This document shows, in pieces, positions 28,401 through 36,578 of a stretch of DNA of 37,392 nucleotides. This DNA comes from Pseudomonadota bacterium (GTDB taxonomy: Bacteria; Myxococcota_A; UBA796; SXON01), in assembly GCA_043750895.1 (NCBI GenBank), contig JAYVAS010000633.1:1-37392 (forward strand), written 5' to 3'. Under the pieces are notes generated by a model, which saw nothing but the letters and a program-made list of their open reading frames with translations, did no database searches and was not told where the DNA came from. A program made the translations under genes and the position numbers. Position 1 is the stretch's first letter. Each line of letters opens with the position of its first letter.

Positions 28401-28998
28401 ATCCCGTGGCGACACCACCGCCGAAGTGGCGCTCGCCTCCGGCGTGCCCAACTTCACCTGGCTGGTGCTCGACGACCCCGAAGAGGCCCGGGCCCGCACC
28501 GCGCACGCCGTGGCGGGCTTCCCGGAGTCGCAGTTCGGGAGCCCGCACTACTTCGACATCGTCGCGCGCGTGAACGTCGAGATCTACACCGGGAACGGAG
28601 AGCTCGCGTGGCGCCTCCTCGTCGCCGCGTGGCCGCGTCTTCGCCGCATCCTCCTCCTGAACATGCAGTACTTCCGCATCCACCTGACCCTGCTGCGCGC
28701 CGTTGCCGCGCTCGCTGCCGGTCCGGTCGCCCGACCCGACGCCCTCCGGCAGGTGCGCGCGCTGGCAGCGGAGGACCACCCCTTCGGGAAGCCCTTGGCG
28801 GCGGTGTTGTCCGCGACCGATCCGGCGGCGCTGCGGGCGGCCATCCCGGCCCTCGATGCGGTCGGGTTGGGCGGGTTCTCGGCGGCGGCCCGCCATCGAC
28901 TGGGCGAGGACGCGGGTTGGGGGTCCCAGCGGGTGGTGAACGCCGATCGCCTGTGTCAGACGCTCCTGCCCCTCCCCCCGCAGACGCCCGGCGCCTGA
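25426..28998 (+). CDS. Ser/Thr kinase - AAA/STAND ATPase - helical repeat protein
   Basis: GRGEFGVVY, VAVK, HGDIKASN, DFG, YLAPE; Walker A GPSGIGKS; Walker B LVVIDDAQWAD; GHPF; long Ala/Leu helical C-terminus. Confidence 0.92.
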   Translation: MADVSSGGTPVVGPTLNWDEPVEAGTVLHDRYVISRRLGRGEFGVVYAAEDRRYEREVAVKVLRRSDPQSAYALKREFRVLRGLRHPHLVQLYDLYADRPPFIFSMELVSGVDLVVDAVLRVRPPGEVVAILRQIADGVGWLHEAGLVHGDIKASNVRVRPDGCVVLCDFGLAGTVLGSGTAFATRAAGGGTSAYLAPESLDALGPGSVAADWYAVGVLFFEMLTGRKPFPGAFHAMRSAKAAGQIDVPRGAHQLDPAHERLIRRLLDPDPDQRGGLADVRALVGAPDETARRPRVRPPLVGREAELGVLREALASTRTGQAAVIELRGPSGIGKSALLEAFASELTSGDGVALSSTCHVNEHLPLNAFDGVVDDLARLLEARPDLCWPELATPFALGAAALFPALARSTGPRRADDVRHGAERRLRGIEAFRQLLSRVADQTPTLVVIDDAQWADADSRALLRLFLAPPAAPAVLLVLGVRSDLVEGSLKATLLADEAGARWPEWTTVTLGPLSNEATAELVRLADPEGEWSERAISESGGHPFLAIELARFRGRLTTGPVDLATVLRSRIAGLSRLERGLLEVCAVAGDALPPRVALAAAGVGIGGYPTLLALQGAQVLVSVGDLSDPQVDVYHHLLRMVALDDLPEARRRQLHLLVADAALLEGIVEPGFLTGHLEAAGDDRRAAVYASAAAGRAMDALAFATAAHFYDLAIRLRHSGISEPELRRAQAAALALAGQGVAAAEAYAAAAALQGPGLVRVGLEREAAEQWLRGGRADLGRERLGRVLEGLGLRWPATILHCIWAILSNRARLRLFGVKWVERVEAEADPELLARTDATWSATIGMNMLDLMVSAAFQAAHTRFALQSGEPGRVARALSVEAVYMACEGGASNRAFADGLYAQAHALADRTGNQMAVAFANLTHGAAEVFVGRPDHAFAWLEAAEVALRRQQVGVVWEVVNCRMYRAWAWWWRGDYARLVETIPALAIDARSRGDTTAEVALASGVPNFTWLVLDDPEEARARTAHAVAGFPESQFGSPHYFDIVARVNVEIYTGNGELAWRLLVAAWPRLRRILLLNMQYFRIHLTLLRAVAALAAGPVARPDALRQVRALAAEDHPFGKPLAAVLSATDPAALRAAIPALDAVGLGGFSAAARHRLGEDAGWGSQRVVNADRLCQTLLPLPPQTPGA

Positions 28999-29029
28999 GC
29001 GCGGTCCGGCGTGGGCGCCGCTGCCGTCT

Positions 29030-31027
29030 TCAGCCCTGTAAGGCCCGCCCAATCTGGGCCGGGCTCGCGCCGGTGCCCCGGAGCCGGCCCGCCTCGCGGC
29101 TCAGGAGCAGGCCTCGGAGCAGAAGGCGGAGGTCGCGGAGGTCGATGTCGCCGTCGTCATCGGCGTCGAAGGCTGCGTGCAGCTCGTCCCAGAGCCCGAC
29201 CCCGCGCAGCAGCCCGCCCGCCAGGTCGTGGGCGGCCCGACCCAGCACCGAAAACGGGTGTGCGGCGCCGATCCGATCCAGGACGCCGAGCACGCCCTGG
29301 ACGTCGGCGTCGAGCACCTGCGGCAGGCCGAAGCGGAAGAAAACGGCGTCCACCGCCTGGACCGCCCCGAACAGCGGGCCTTCGCCGAGCGGGTAGAGGG
29401 GCGGGCGCAGACCTTCGCGGATACCGAGATCGGCGGCGAGGGCGCCTACCGCCTGCCGTGCCCCCTCGTTCGCCCCCTCCATGCTGGCCAGGTCGACGTT
29501 GGTACGGTTGTAGTCGGCGCCGACGTACAGCCCGCCGGTGCCCGTGCGCCCGGTGGGGCGGAGGGCGTAGGCGCCGATGGGGTGGATCAGCAGCGGGGTG
29601 GGGTTGAAGGTGTCGTCGCGCGGGTCGAGGCCCTGGACGAGGTGCGCGTCGATCCGGAAGCGGATCACGGTGGACCAGTCCAGGCCGGCGGCAGCGCCGA
29701 GCCCGTCGTTCATCTGCGCCCAGGTCTCCCTGCCGAGCCCATCGAGGTCTCCCGCGGAGAGGTGCTCCCGCGCCGTCTTCCCCGTGCGGCGACTCGGCGT
29801 GTCCCACTCCGAGAGGATCACCGAGAAGACGCCCTCCAGACCGGGAACGCCGAACCGGGCGAGGCCGCCCTCCCAGAACTGCTGTTGGGCGACGGCGGTG
29901 AGGCACCACGCGGCGTCGGGGAAGGCAAGGTGGCCGTGGACGACGCGGAGGTCTTCGTTGAGGAAGTACTGCACGCCCACCATGTCGGCGGTCCAGGTGC
30001 GGCGAAGCTGGCTCTCGACGTCCCCGGGACGCTCTTGCTGCCACCGGTCCGAGATCGGGACCCGCAGCAGGGCCTCGAGCTGGGACCCGCGCAGCTTCCC
30101 GGCGCGGAGCAGCCGGAGGGTCACCTCGATGGGGACGGCGAGGATGGTCGCGTCTCCGGTCACCGTCGTCGAGACGCCGCCGTGCGTCATCACGACGCCG
30201 TCGAGCTTCCCGTCGGTGGTCGGGAAGTCGGTGGCGGTGTGTTCGAGGTGGAACCGGACCCCGTTCGCCCGCAGCCAGGCCGCCCACGGCTCGAGCCATA
30301 CGTCGCTCGTCGGCCCGCAGAGGATGCCGTCCTTCGGGTCGGGGTCGCGGGGGTTGAAGGCGAACGCCACCTGCAGCGAGGTGTTGCCGATGGTGCGGGC
30401 CGAGCTGTCGCGCGCGCGCATGGCCGAGAGCACGGCGGGGACCACCCGCAGGAGCTGCTTGCCCTCCTCGGAGTAGCCGGCTCGGTCGAAGCCGAGGAAC
30501 GCCTCCCACGAGATGTCGTCCCACTCCAGACGGCGTTCGGGACAGCTCGTCAAGAACCGAAGCAGGTGGAAGGAGTAGAGCGCGAGGTCTGAGGCCGAGA
30601 GGGCGCCTACGAGATCCCCGAGGAGGACGTGGAGGACGTCGTCCAGGGAGGTGCTGGCGAGGTGCCGCGGCATGTTGGTCAACGCGCCGCGGTAGGCGAC
30701 GCCGCCGTACGCGGGCGAACGCAGGTTCTCGAACACCGTGCCCGTGGGCGCTTCCGGCGTCGGGTAGGGGATCTGGCGGAGGGTCTCCGTCAGGTGCTGG
30801 TAGAACTGCGGGAAGAACCGGAAGCCGTGCTCACCGGGGTACCGGCCGCCGTCCACCGGGTCGAACTGGCTGGCACACTTGCCACCGAGGAAGTTGGCGC
30901 GCTCGTAGACGTCGATCTCGAAGTGGATCCCGGTCTCGGCGCTATGAGCGTTGAGCCTTACCAGCTCGTGCGCCGCCGACATTCCCGCGCACCCTCCCCC
31001 CACGACAACGACCCGCCTGGTCACCAT
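29030..31027 (-). CDS. FAD-dependent oxidoreductase (carotene desaturase/HpnE-like superfamily) with C-terminal EF-hand-like motif
   Basis: VVVVGGGCAGMSAA; GEHGFRFF; ASMEGANE; tail DADDDGDIDLRD. Alternative GTG at 31036. Confidence 0.82.
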   Translation of the reverse strand: MVTRRVVVVGGGCAGMSAAHELVRLNAHSAETGIHFEIDVYERANFLGGKCASQFDPVDGGRYPGEHGFRFFPQFYQHLTETLRQIPYPTPEAPTGTVFENLRSPAYGGVAYRGALTNMPRHLASTSLDDVLHVLLGDLVGALSASDLALYSFHLLRFLTSCPERRLEWDDISWEAFLGFDRAGYSEEGKQLLRVVPAVLSAMRARDSSARTIGNTSLQVAFAFNPRDPDPKDGILCGPTSDVWLEPWAAWLRANGVRFHLEHTATDFPTTDGKLDGVVMTHGGVSTTVTGDATILAVPIEVTLRLLRAGKLRGSQLEALLRVPISDRWQQERPGDVESQLRRTWTADMVGVQYFLNEDLRVVHGHLAFPDAAWCLTAVAQQQFWEGGLARFGVPGLEGVFSVILSEWDTPSRRTGKTAREHLSAGDLDGLGRETWAQMNDGLGAAAGLDWSTVIRFRIDAHLVQGLDPRDDTFNPTPLLIHPIGAYALRPTGRTGTGGLYVGADYNRTNVDLASMEGANEGARQAVGALAADLGIREGLRPPLYPLGEGPLFGAVQAVDAVFFRFGLPQVLDADVQGVLGVLDRIGAAHPFSVLGRAAHDLAGGLLRGVGLWDELHAAFDADDDGDIDLRDLRLLLRGLLLSREAGRLRGTGASPAQIGRALQG

Positions 31028-31042
31028 GCACGCCACCTTTGT

Positions 31043-31999
31043 TCATACCGGCGAACCGCCGGCCCGCGATCCGGAGGGGACGCGGAGTTCGGTCACTCCT
31101 ACCCCGGTGACGTCGACCCCGTCTACCTTCCCGGTCACGCGGGAGAAGCCCTCGTAGAAGGAGGGGGCGCCCGGAATGCCGGGTCGGATCAACTGGTCGA
31201 TGGGCAGCGCGGTGACCTGGAGGGCCAGGCCTCCGCCACGAACCTTGGTCGTGGGAAAGGGGTCCGTCGTTGCTTCGTCGGTGAGCGCGAGGTCCGGGAC
31301 CTCCGTGGTCGTGCCGTCGGCGTGGATGCGAATGCCCCAGGTCTTCTCGTGGCCGTCCACGCGGGTGCGGAAGAGCAGGAACCGGCGGCCGTCGTCGAGG
31401 CGCAGGGTCAGGTAGCGCCACGCGAAGGACTCCACCGGCGACCAGCCCCATTGGCGCTCCATCCAGCCGTCGCCCTGCACCCGTACCTCCCGACCGCCGA
31501 CGGTCACGGTCCCCTCGGCGGTCAGGAACGGCCGCATGTACCAACCCAGCTCGTGTCCGCCCCCGTAGGTCATCACGCCGTCGGCTCCGACGAAGATGGG
31601 CGGAGCCGGGTCGTGGAGGGTGAGGTCGAAGGACGCGCGGGAACGATGGCGGAGGCTCCACGCGCCGGGCAGCCGGTGCATCTCCCACCAGGGCAGAAAC
31701 GGAAGGTTGGCGGTCGACCAACGGAACGCCGCTGGCTCGTAGCAGCCCAAGGCGGGGATGGCGCCCGAGCAGAGCCGGGTCGGCGAGCGGGCGTCGACCA
31801 CCTGGGTGGCGGCGAGCCAGGCGGTGGGCCAGCCCCAAACGGGGAGGCGCTTCTTCAGCAGGGTGGTCACGATCGACCACTCGCCCTCGCCGTCGACCGC
31901 GCGCAGGTGGATGAAGAAGTACCACCACTCCACCCGGTGGTCGCACGGGCGGTCGTCGACGACCGCGCCGGGGTCGACGCGGGTGGGAGGGCTGCTCAC
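31043..31999 (-). CDS. CrtC/AttH-like (lipocalin-fold hydratase/cyclase family) protein
   Basis: EWWYF, GTVTVGG..V.GDGWMERQW, W..L.LDDG, FYEG...VTG...G.GVTEL motifs. Confidence 0.75.
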   Translation of the reverse strand: MSSPPTRVDPGAVVDDRPCDHRVEWWYFFIHLRAVDGEGEWSIVTTLLKKRLPVWGWPTAWLAATQVVDARSPTRLCSGAIPALGCYEPAAFRWSTANLPFLPWWEMHRLPGAWSLRHRSRASFDLTLHDPAPPIFVGADGVMTYGGGHELGWYMRPFLTAEGTVTVGGREVRVQGDGWMERQWGWSPVESFAWRYLTLRLDDGRRFLLFRTRVDGHEKTWGIRIHADGTTTEVPDLALTDEATTDPFPTTKVRGGGLALQVTALPIDQLIRPGIPGAPSFYEGFSRVTGKVDGVDVTGVGVTELRVPSGSRAGGSPV

Positions 32000-32012
32000 C
32001 CCGCGTCGTCCA

Positions 32013-33461
32013 TCACACGGGCGCGGTGCGGCTCTTGGCGTTGAGCAGCTCGAGCTTCACGATGGAGAGGAGCCCCTGGGTGAGCCGCTTGGCCTCGGCG
32101 GCCGTGGCCAGACCGGCCACCGTGCGCGCGACGAAGCGGGGGCGCAGGTAGAACTTCCGGTGGGCCATCTTGAGCAGGTCGAGGATCTCGGCCTTGGAGA
32201 GGTGCTCCTCCCACGAGGCGGGCACCTCCACGCCGCAGAGCGGGTCCTTCATCAGGCGGTCCCAGCAGTCGGCCGGGAACAGGCCCTTCTTGGCCCCGTC
32301 CTCGAAGGACTCCGTACCCGGGTAGGGCGAGAAGACCGCGAACACCGCGTAGTCGGCGTCGAGCTTGATCATCTCGTCCACGTTCTTGAGCGCGTCGCCC
32401 ATGGTGCGCTCGTGCGGGCCGGCCAGCATGATGTAGGCGACCGAGCGCACGCCCTCTTCACGGCACCACTTGAAGACGCGGTGCACGTCGTCGGTGTCGC
32501 AGTGCTTGCCCCACTTGTCGAGGCCTTCGTTGTTGGCCGACTCGACGCCGAAGTGGATCTTGGTGCAGCCCGTCTCGCGGCAGCGGCGGATCTGCTCGCG
32601 GGTGGTGCCGGCGATGGTGGTCTTGTAGCCCCAGTTGAACTTGATGCCCCGGCGCTCGATGGCGTCGCAGAACTTCAGCACCCACTGCGAGTTCGGGGTG
32701 AAGAGGTCGTCGATGAAGTGGGTCTCGGTGATGCCGAGCGAGACGCAGTGCTCCATCTCGTCGAGGATGTTCTCGATGTCCCGCATCCGGTACTGCTTCT
32801 TGTAGGTGAGGCAGAAGGGGCAGGAGTGGGGGCAGCCGCGCGAGGTGATCGCGGTGGTGTTGAGCGGCTGCTTGCAGCCGGGCAGGTAGTATTCGCGGTA
32901 GCGGGTGCGGGCGCGGTCCGGCCAGGGGTAGGCGTCGAGCGACTTCGTCGACTTCCGGTCCTTGTTCTTGACGATCTGGCCGCCTTCCTTGAACCAGAGG
33001 CCCTCGATGCCCTCCCAGGAGCGGCCTTCGTTGTAGGCGGTGACCATGTCCAGGAAGGCGTCCTCGCCGTCCCCGGTGACGATGGCGTCGGCGTCCTGGA
33101 GCTGGATCGCGTAGTCGGGGAACATCGCGGGGTGCGGGCCGCCGAGGACGATCTTCGCCTTCGGGTTCAGCTTTCGCACCGTGTTGATGGTCATCTGGAC
33201 GTCGGGCAGCGAGTGGGTGAACGCGCTGATGCCGACCAGATCGAGGGGGTAGCGCTTGAGCTGCGCTTCGAACTCGGGGTAGTCGAGGTCGTCGACGACC
33301 GGATCGTAGATCTCGGCCTTGAACGAAGACCGCTTCTCGATCGCGGCCTGCACGTACATCAGGCCCAGCGGCGGGAAGCAGTAGACCCCGTAGGCCATGG
33401 CCTTGGGGATTCCGGCCCACACCCGGAGCTGTTCCGGGGGATTGATCAGGGTGATGTCCAA
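32013..33461 (-). CDS. Cobalamin-binding radical SAM enzyme (class B methyltransferase-like)
   Basis: TTG start after AGGAGG; PPLGL, DLVGIS, VLGGPHP, GDGE; TSRGCPHSCPFC; FIDDLF; FGVES; PYPGT. Confidence 0.93.
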   Translation of the reverse strand: MDITLINPPEQLRVWAGIPKAMAYGVYCFPPLGLMYVQAAIEKRSSFKAEIYDPVVDDLDYPEFEAQLKRYPLDLVGISAFTHSLPDVQMTINTVRKLNPKAKIVLGGPHPAMFPDYAIQLQDADAIVTGDGEDAFLDMVTAYNEGRSWEGIEGLWFKEGGQIVKNKDRKSTKSLDAYPWPDRARTRYREYYLPGCKQPLNTTAITSRGCPHSCPFCLTYKKQYRMRDIENILDEMEHCVSLGITETHFIDDLFTPNSQWVLKFCDAIERRGIKFNWGYKTTIAGTTREQIRRCRETGCTKIHFGVESANNEGLDKWGKHCDTDDVHRVFKWCREEGVRSVAYIMLAGPHERTMGDALKNVDEMIKLDADYAVFAVFSPYPGTESFEDGAKKGLFPADCWDRLMKDPLCGVEVPASWEEHLSKAEILDLLKMAHRKFYLRPRFVARTVAGLATAAEAKRLTQGLLSIVKLELLNAKSRTAPV

Positions 33462-33471
33462 AAGGGGCCTC

Positions 33472-34026
33472 CTAGCGGCGGAGAATCTTCCAGGGGATGA
33501 ACAGCGGCACGTCTCGCCGGTAGGACTCGTACTCGTCGCCGAAGATCGCGACGAGCTGGGGTTCCTGACGGACCACCTTCTCCACCAGCGAACCGGCGAG
33601 GAGGAGGGGGATGAGGATGCAGCAGAAGGAGAAGGAGTTGAGGGCGATGCCGACCGAGAGGACCCCGAGCAGCTTGCCGTGGACCGAAGGATTCCGGCAC
33701 CACGCGTAGATGCCGGAGCGTACCAGCTTCAGAGTGCGGCCGGCGGTGGGCGAGGGGCTACCTTCGCCTTTGGTGACCAGCTCCGCATAGGAGACGCCTA
33801 CCACCAGGAGCCCGGCCAGCAGCGAGACCGCGGCGATGGCGAGGTTGGCGGGCTCTGGGAGGAAGGTGGGGATGTCGAGCGCCCGGTCGAGGGCGAGCGA
33901 AGCGAGCGCGATCAGGAAGGTGAGCGGGAACAGCACGGGGATGTAGACCTTGCTGACCATCAGCAGGATCTGCGGGGTCGTGGCGACGCGGAAGACAGCG
34001 CCGGCCATGCCGAGGATACGTTGCAC
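33472..34026 (-). CDS. PEMT/ICMT-family integral membrane methyltransferase
   Basis: G.GSPSP, LVRSGIYAWCRNP, EP.L...FG.EY..Y...VP.FIP; four TM segments. Start uncertain (34047 TTG, 34026 GTG or 34008 ATG). Confidence 0.85.
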   Translation of the reverse strand: MQRILGMAGAVFRVATTPQILLMVSKVYIPVLFPLTFLIALASLALDRALDIPTFLPEPANLAIAAVSLLAGLLVVGVSYAELVTKGEGSPSPTAGRTLKLVRSGIYAWCRNPSVHGKLLGVLSVGIALNSFSFCCILIPLLLAGSLVEKVVRQEPQLVAIFGDEYESYRRDVPLFIPWKILRR

Positions 34027-34046
34027 GAGCGTCAGGATACCGCGCA

Positions 34047-34847
34047 ATGTCTCGGACAGGTGTATTCATCGCCACGGTTGCCCTAGCTGCCGGCTGCGGA
34101 AAGGACCCCATCCTCGCCGCGGCGGAGCGGGATCAGGCGGCGCGGGGGGTGGGTCCGGCCGGGCCGCAGCCCGCGCTGGGCGATGGTCGGCCCGCCGAGG
34201 AGCGGGGGGCGGGCCCGGCGGCCGAGGACGATGTCGTGCTCGCCGAGGGTACGGCGCGGCGGATCCCGTCCCGGTACTTCCCCGATGGAACGGCGGGAAC
34301 CGGTGGGCCGGTCACGCCCGGGGCGCCGATGCCGGGCGCGCCGGTCGCACCCGCGCCGGGGGTGCCGGGAACGCCGCCGCCGGGTGCGGTGAGCGTCTCG
34401 GCCGGGGTGCCGTCGGCGCCGACACCGGGCCGCCCCTCGGAACCTGCGCCCGGTCGCCCGACCCAGCCAGCGCCCGGGGGTGTCGGGGCGGTGGCCTCGG
34501 GGCCGACGGTGCGGGTGTCGGGCACCGTCGTCTACGGTGCCTGGACCAGGGGTCGCGTCCGCATCACCGCGTTCGACTCCGATCACCAGGCCCACCCGGT
34601 CACCCCACCGCAGGTGGTCGGCTCGGTCAGCATCGATCGGCCGGGCGCGTACGAGATGCTGGTCCCCGTCGGGAAGGGGAAGGTCTACGTGGAGGCGACG
34701 GTGGACGAGGATGGCGACGGTCGACCGGGGCGGCTGGAACCGGTCGGCACCCCGTCCCGCTACCCCGTCACCATCGGGGAGAAGGCGGTGGAGGGTCTGG
34801 ACGTGACGGTCGCGCCGGTCGCGCCGCCCCCCGGCTCGGGCGGGTGA
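34047..34847 (+). CDS. Pro/Gly-rich lipoprotein of unknown function
   Basis: MSRTGVFIATVALAAG-C; PGxP-rich linker; C-terminal beta domain with DEDGDG. Confidence 0.7.
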   Translation: MSRTGVFIATVALAAGCGKDPILAAAERDQAARGVGPAGPQPALGDGRPAEERGAGPAAEDDVVLAEGTARRIPSRYFPDGTAGTGGPVTPGAPMPGAPVAPAPGVPGTPPPGAVSVSAGVPSAPTPGRPSEPAPGRPTQPAPGGVGAVASGPTVRVSGTVVYGAWTRGRVRITAFDSDHQAHPVTPPQVVGSVSIDRPGAYEMLVPVGKGKVYVEATVDEDGDGRPGRLEPVGTPSRYPVTIGEKAVEGLDVTVAPVAPPPGSGG

Positions 34848-35560
34848 GCGACCGGGTCACGGTGGTGATCCCCCATAGGCGGCGCGGGGATCTCCTGCGG
34901 CGCTGCCTCGTCGCCGTGCAGGGCTGGCCGCACCTCGTGGTGGACGACACCGACGACGGCCTCGACCTGGACGTCCCCTATGTGCGCCTCGGGGGTGGGC
35001 AGGGCTTCGCGAAGGCGGCCAACCGGGGGCTCGCGGCGGTGCGCACCCCCTTCGCGGTGGTGCTCAACGACGACGCGGTGCCCGAGCCGGAGTGCCTCGA
35101 CCGCCTGGCGGCGGCGGGCGGGCTGTGCGGACCGGTGCTGGTGGGTCCGGCCGGCGTGGAGTCCGCCGGGATCCGGGTGCGGAGCTGGGGGCGGGTGGCG
35201 CAGTCCACCCTCGTGCCGGACGCGGATGTGGGCGTGGACGCCTTGTCCGGCGCGTGCCTGCACCTGCCCGCGTCGGCCCGGTTCGACGAGCGCTTCCGGC
35301 ATGGCCTCGAGGACGTGGAGCTGTGCCGGCGCCTCGGGGGCGCGCGCCTGATCGTCGCGGCGCGGTGCTGGCACGAGGGGGGAGCGACGGTGGACCGGCG
35401 GAGTGAGGAAGCCCAGCGGCACGCGGTGGCTGGGCAGTTGTTGTTGGTGGAGCCGGGGTGGCGGTCGGCGGTGGTGGTGGGCCTGGCGCTGGCGCAGGTG
35501 GTGCGGGAGGGCGGGCCGGCGGCGCGGGTGCGGGGGATTTGGAGGGGGGTGCGGGGGTGA
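34844..35560 (+). CDS. Family 2 glycosyltransferase
   Basis: GTG overlapping the upstream stop; VVIP, VVDD, GFAKAANRG, LNDD, SGAC, FDERF..EDVELC, HEGGAT. Confidence 0.88.
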   Translation: MSDRVTVVIPHRRRGDLLRRCLVAVQGWPHLVVDDTDDGLDLDVPYVRLGGGQGFAKAANRGLAAVRTPFAVVLNDDAVPEPECLDRLAAAGGLCGPVLVGPAGVESAGIRVRSWGRVAQSTLVPDADVGVDALSGACLHLPASARFDERFRHGLEDVELCRRLGGARLIVAARCWHEGGATVDRRSEEAQRHAVAGQLLLVEPGWRSAVVVGLALAQVVREGGPAARVRGIWRGVRG

Positions 35561-35570
35561 GGAGGGGGGT
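35453..35570 (+). repeat. Direct repeat copy 1 (3' end of the GT2 gene plus 10 bp)
   Basis: 118 bp; aligns without gaps to 36740-36857 with 9 mismatches by my count. Confidence 0.95.
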
Positions 35571-35578
35571 GCCCGAAG

Positions 35579-35830
35579 CTACTTGTCGACCGTCTCCCAG
35601 ACCAAGCGCTCCTCGCCACCGGTGGGGCCAGTGTAGATGAACGTGAAGCGGGTGGCTTCGTTCTCGACGAGGAGCGTTCCGGGGCCCAGTGGCGAGGAGC
35701 CGTCCTCGGGGAGGGCGTACTCCCCGTCGCGGTCCACCTTCGGTGGGGCCTCGCCACAGGGGGAGCCGGGGCAGCCGACCAGAAGGGGGAGGGCGGCGAG
35801 GACGCACACGCGGAGGAGGGGGCGGGTCAC
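35579..35830 (-). CDS. Small lipoprotein
   Basis: MTRPLLRVCVLAALPLLVG-C; GTGA overlap with the upstream gene. Confidence 0.65.
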   Translation of the reverse strand: MTRPLLRVCVLAALPLLVGCPGSPCGEAPPKVDRDGEYALPEDGSSPLGPGTLLVENEATRFTFIYTGPTGGEERLVWETVDK

Positions 35831-36090
35831 TCTGGGTCCACGCGGAAGGAGACGCCTGATCCGTCTTCCTCGAAGAAGTCGAAGTCGAATCCGTAGTCGG
35901 AGACTCTCACTTGACCGCTGAGTCCGAGCGGATTTTCACAGGGTTGGGCGGTGTCCTCAGCGCATGTGGTGGAGGACACCAGCTCAAGGCTCCAGGTGTC
36001 GTTGGACACGCAGCTGGCGCAGGTTGCCTGGGGTGCGGCCATGAGCGCGACGAGCACGAGCAGGCAACGGGACCAATGGGGGACCGTCAT
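35827..36090 (-). CDS. Small exported Cys-containing protein
   Basis: ATG 36090 (ATGA overlap); hydrophobic signal; acidic C-terminus. Confidence 0.6.
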   Translation of the reverse strand: MTVPHWSRCLLVLVALMAAPQATCASCVSNDTWSLELVSSTTCAEDTAQPCENPLGLSGQVRVSDYGFDFDFFEEDGSGVSFRVDPE

Positions 36091-36578
36091 CTGGGCGACT
36101 CCGCGGTTGGGGGCGGACGGTCCGGGGGTACCTTGGAGAAGACGAGGTTTGCTTCCGTCTCGTACACCGCGATTTCTTTGCCTGTCGCGTCCACCGGGCG
36201 GCATTTCAGGTAGACGACCGTGACCAGGTATCGACCTTCGAACTCGGGGGTCGGTCGAGTCACCTGAGTCTTTCCAGAAGGATCGAGGGTCAGGCTCTCG
36301 ACGCTGGTTGGATCGGCGTCGATCGGGCGGAACACGAAGAAGGGGGCGTGGCCCCTGTTTCCGAAGAACGCGGCGGTGCCGATCGTGTCGGACTCGTGCC
36401 CCGCGATGTCCGCCGGTGCCAGGGTGAGCAGCTGCATTCTGTCAGCCAGGAGGCAGTCGGCCAGCGTGGGGCCGCGGGCTGTCTCGCCCGCGTGGTGGTG
36501 GCAAGCGCTGAGAGTCATCGCGCACAGTAGTGACCACAGCCTGTTAGCCCGGATTGGGTGAAGACGCCTTCTCTGCAT
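36087..36578 (-). CDS. Lipoprotein of unknown function
   Basis: Basic N-region then LWSLLCAMTLSA-C lipobox; its stop overlaps the next start. Confidence 0.6.
   Translation of the reverse strand: MQRRRLHPIRANRLWSLLCAMTLSACHHHAGETARGPTLADCLLADRMQLLTLAPADIAGHESDTIGTAAFFGNRGHAPFFVFRPIDADPTSVESLTLDPSGKTQVTRPTPEFEGRYLVTVVYLKCRPVDATGKEIAVYETEANLVFSKVPPDRPPPTAESPR

Noticed and set aside
32013-33461. RiPP cluster around the radical SAM enzyme
   Set aside because: No SPASM or RRE features and no credible precursor peptide nearby; the neighbours point to lipid-type substrates.
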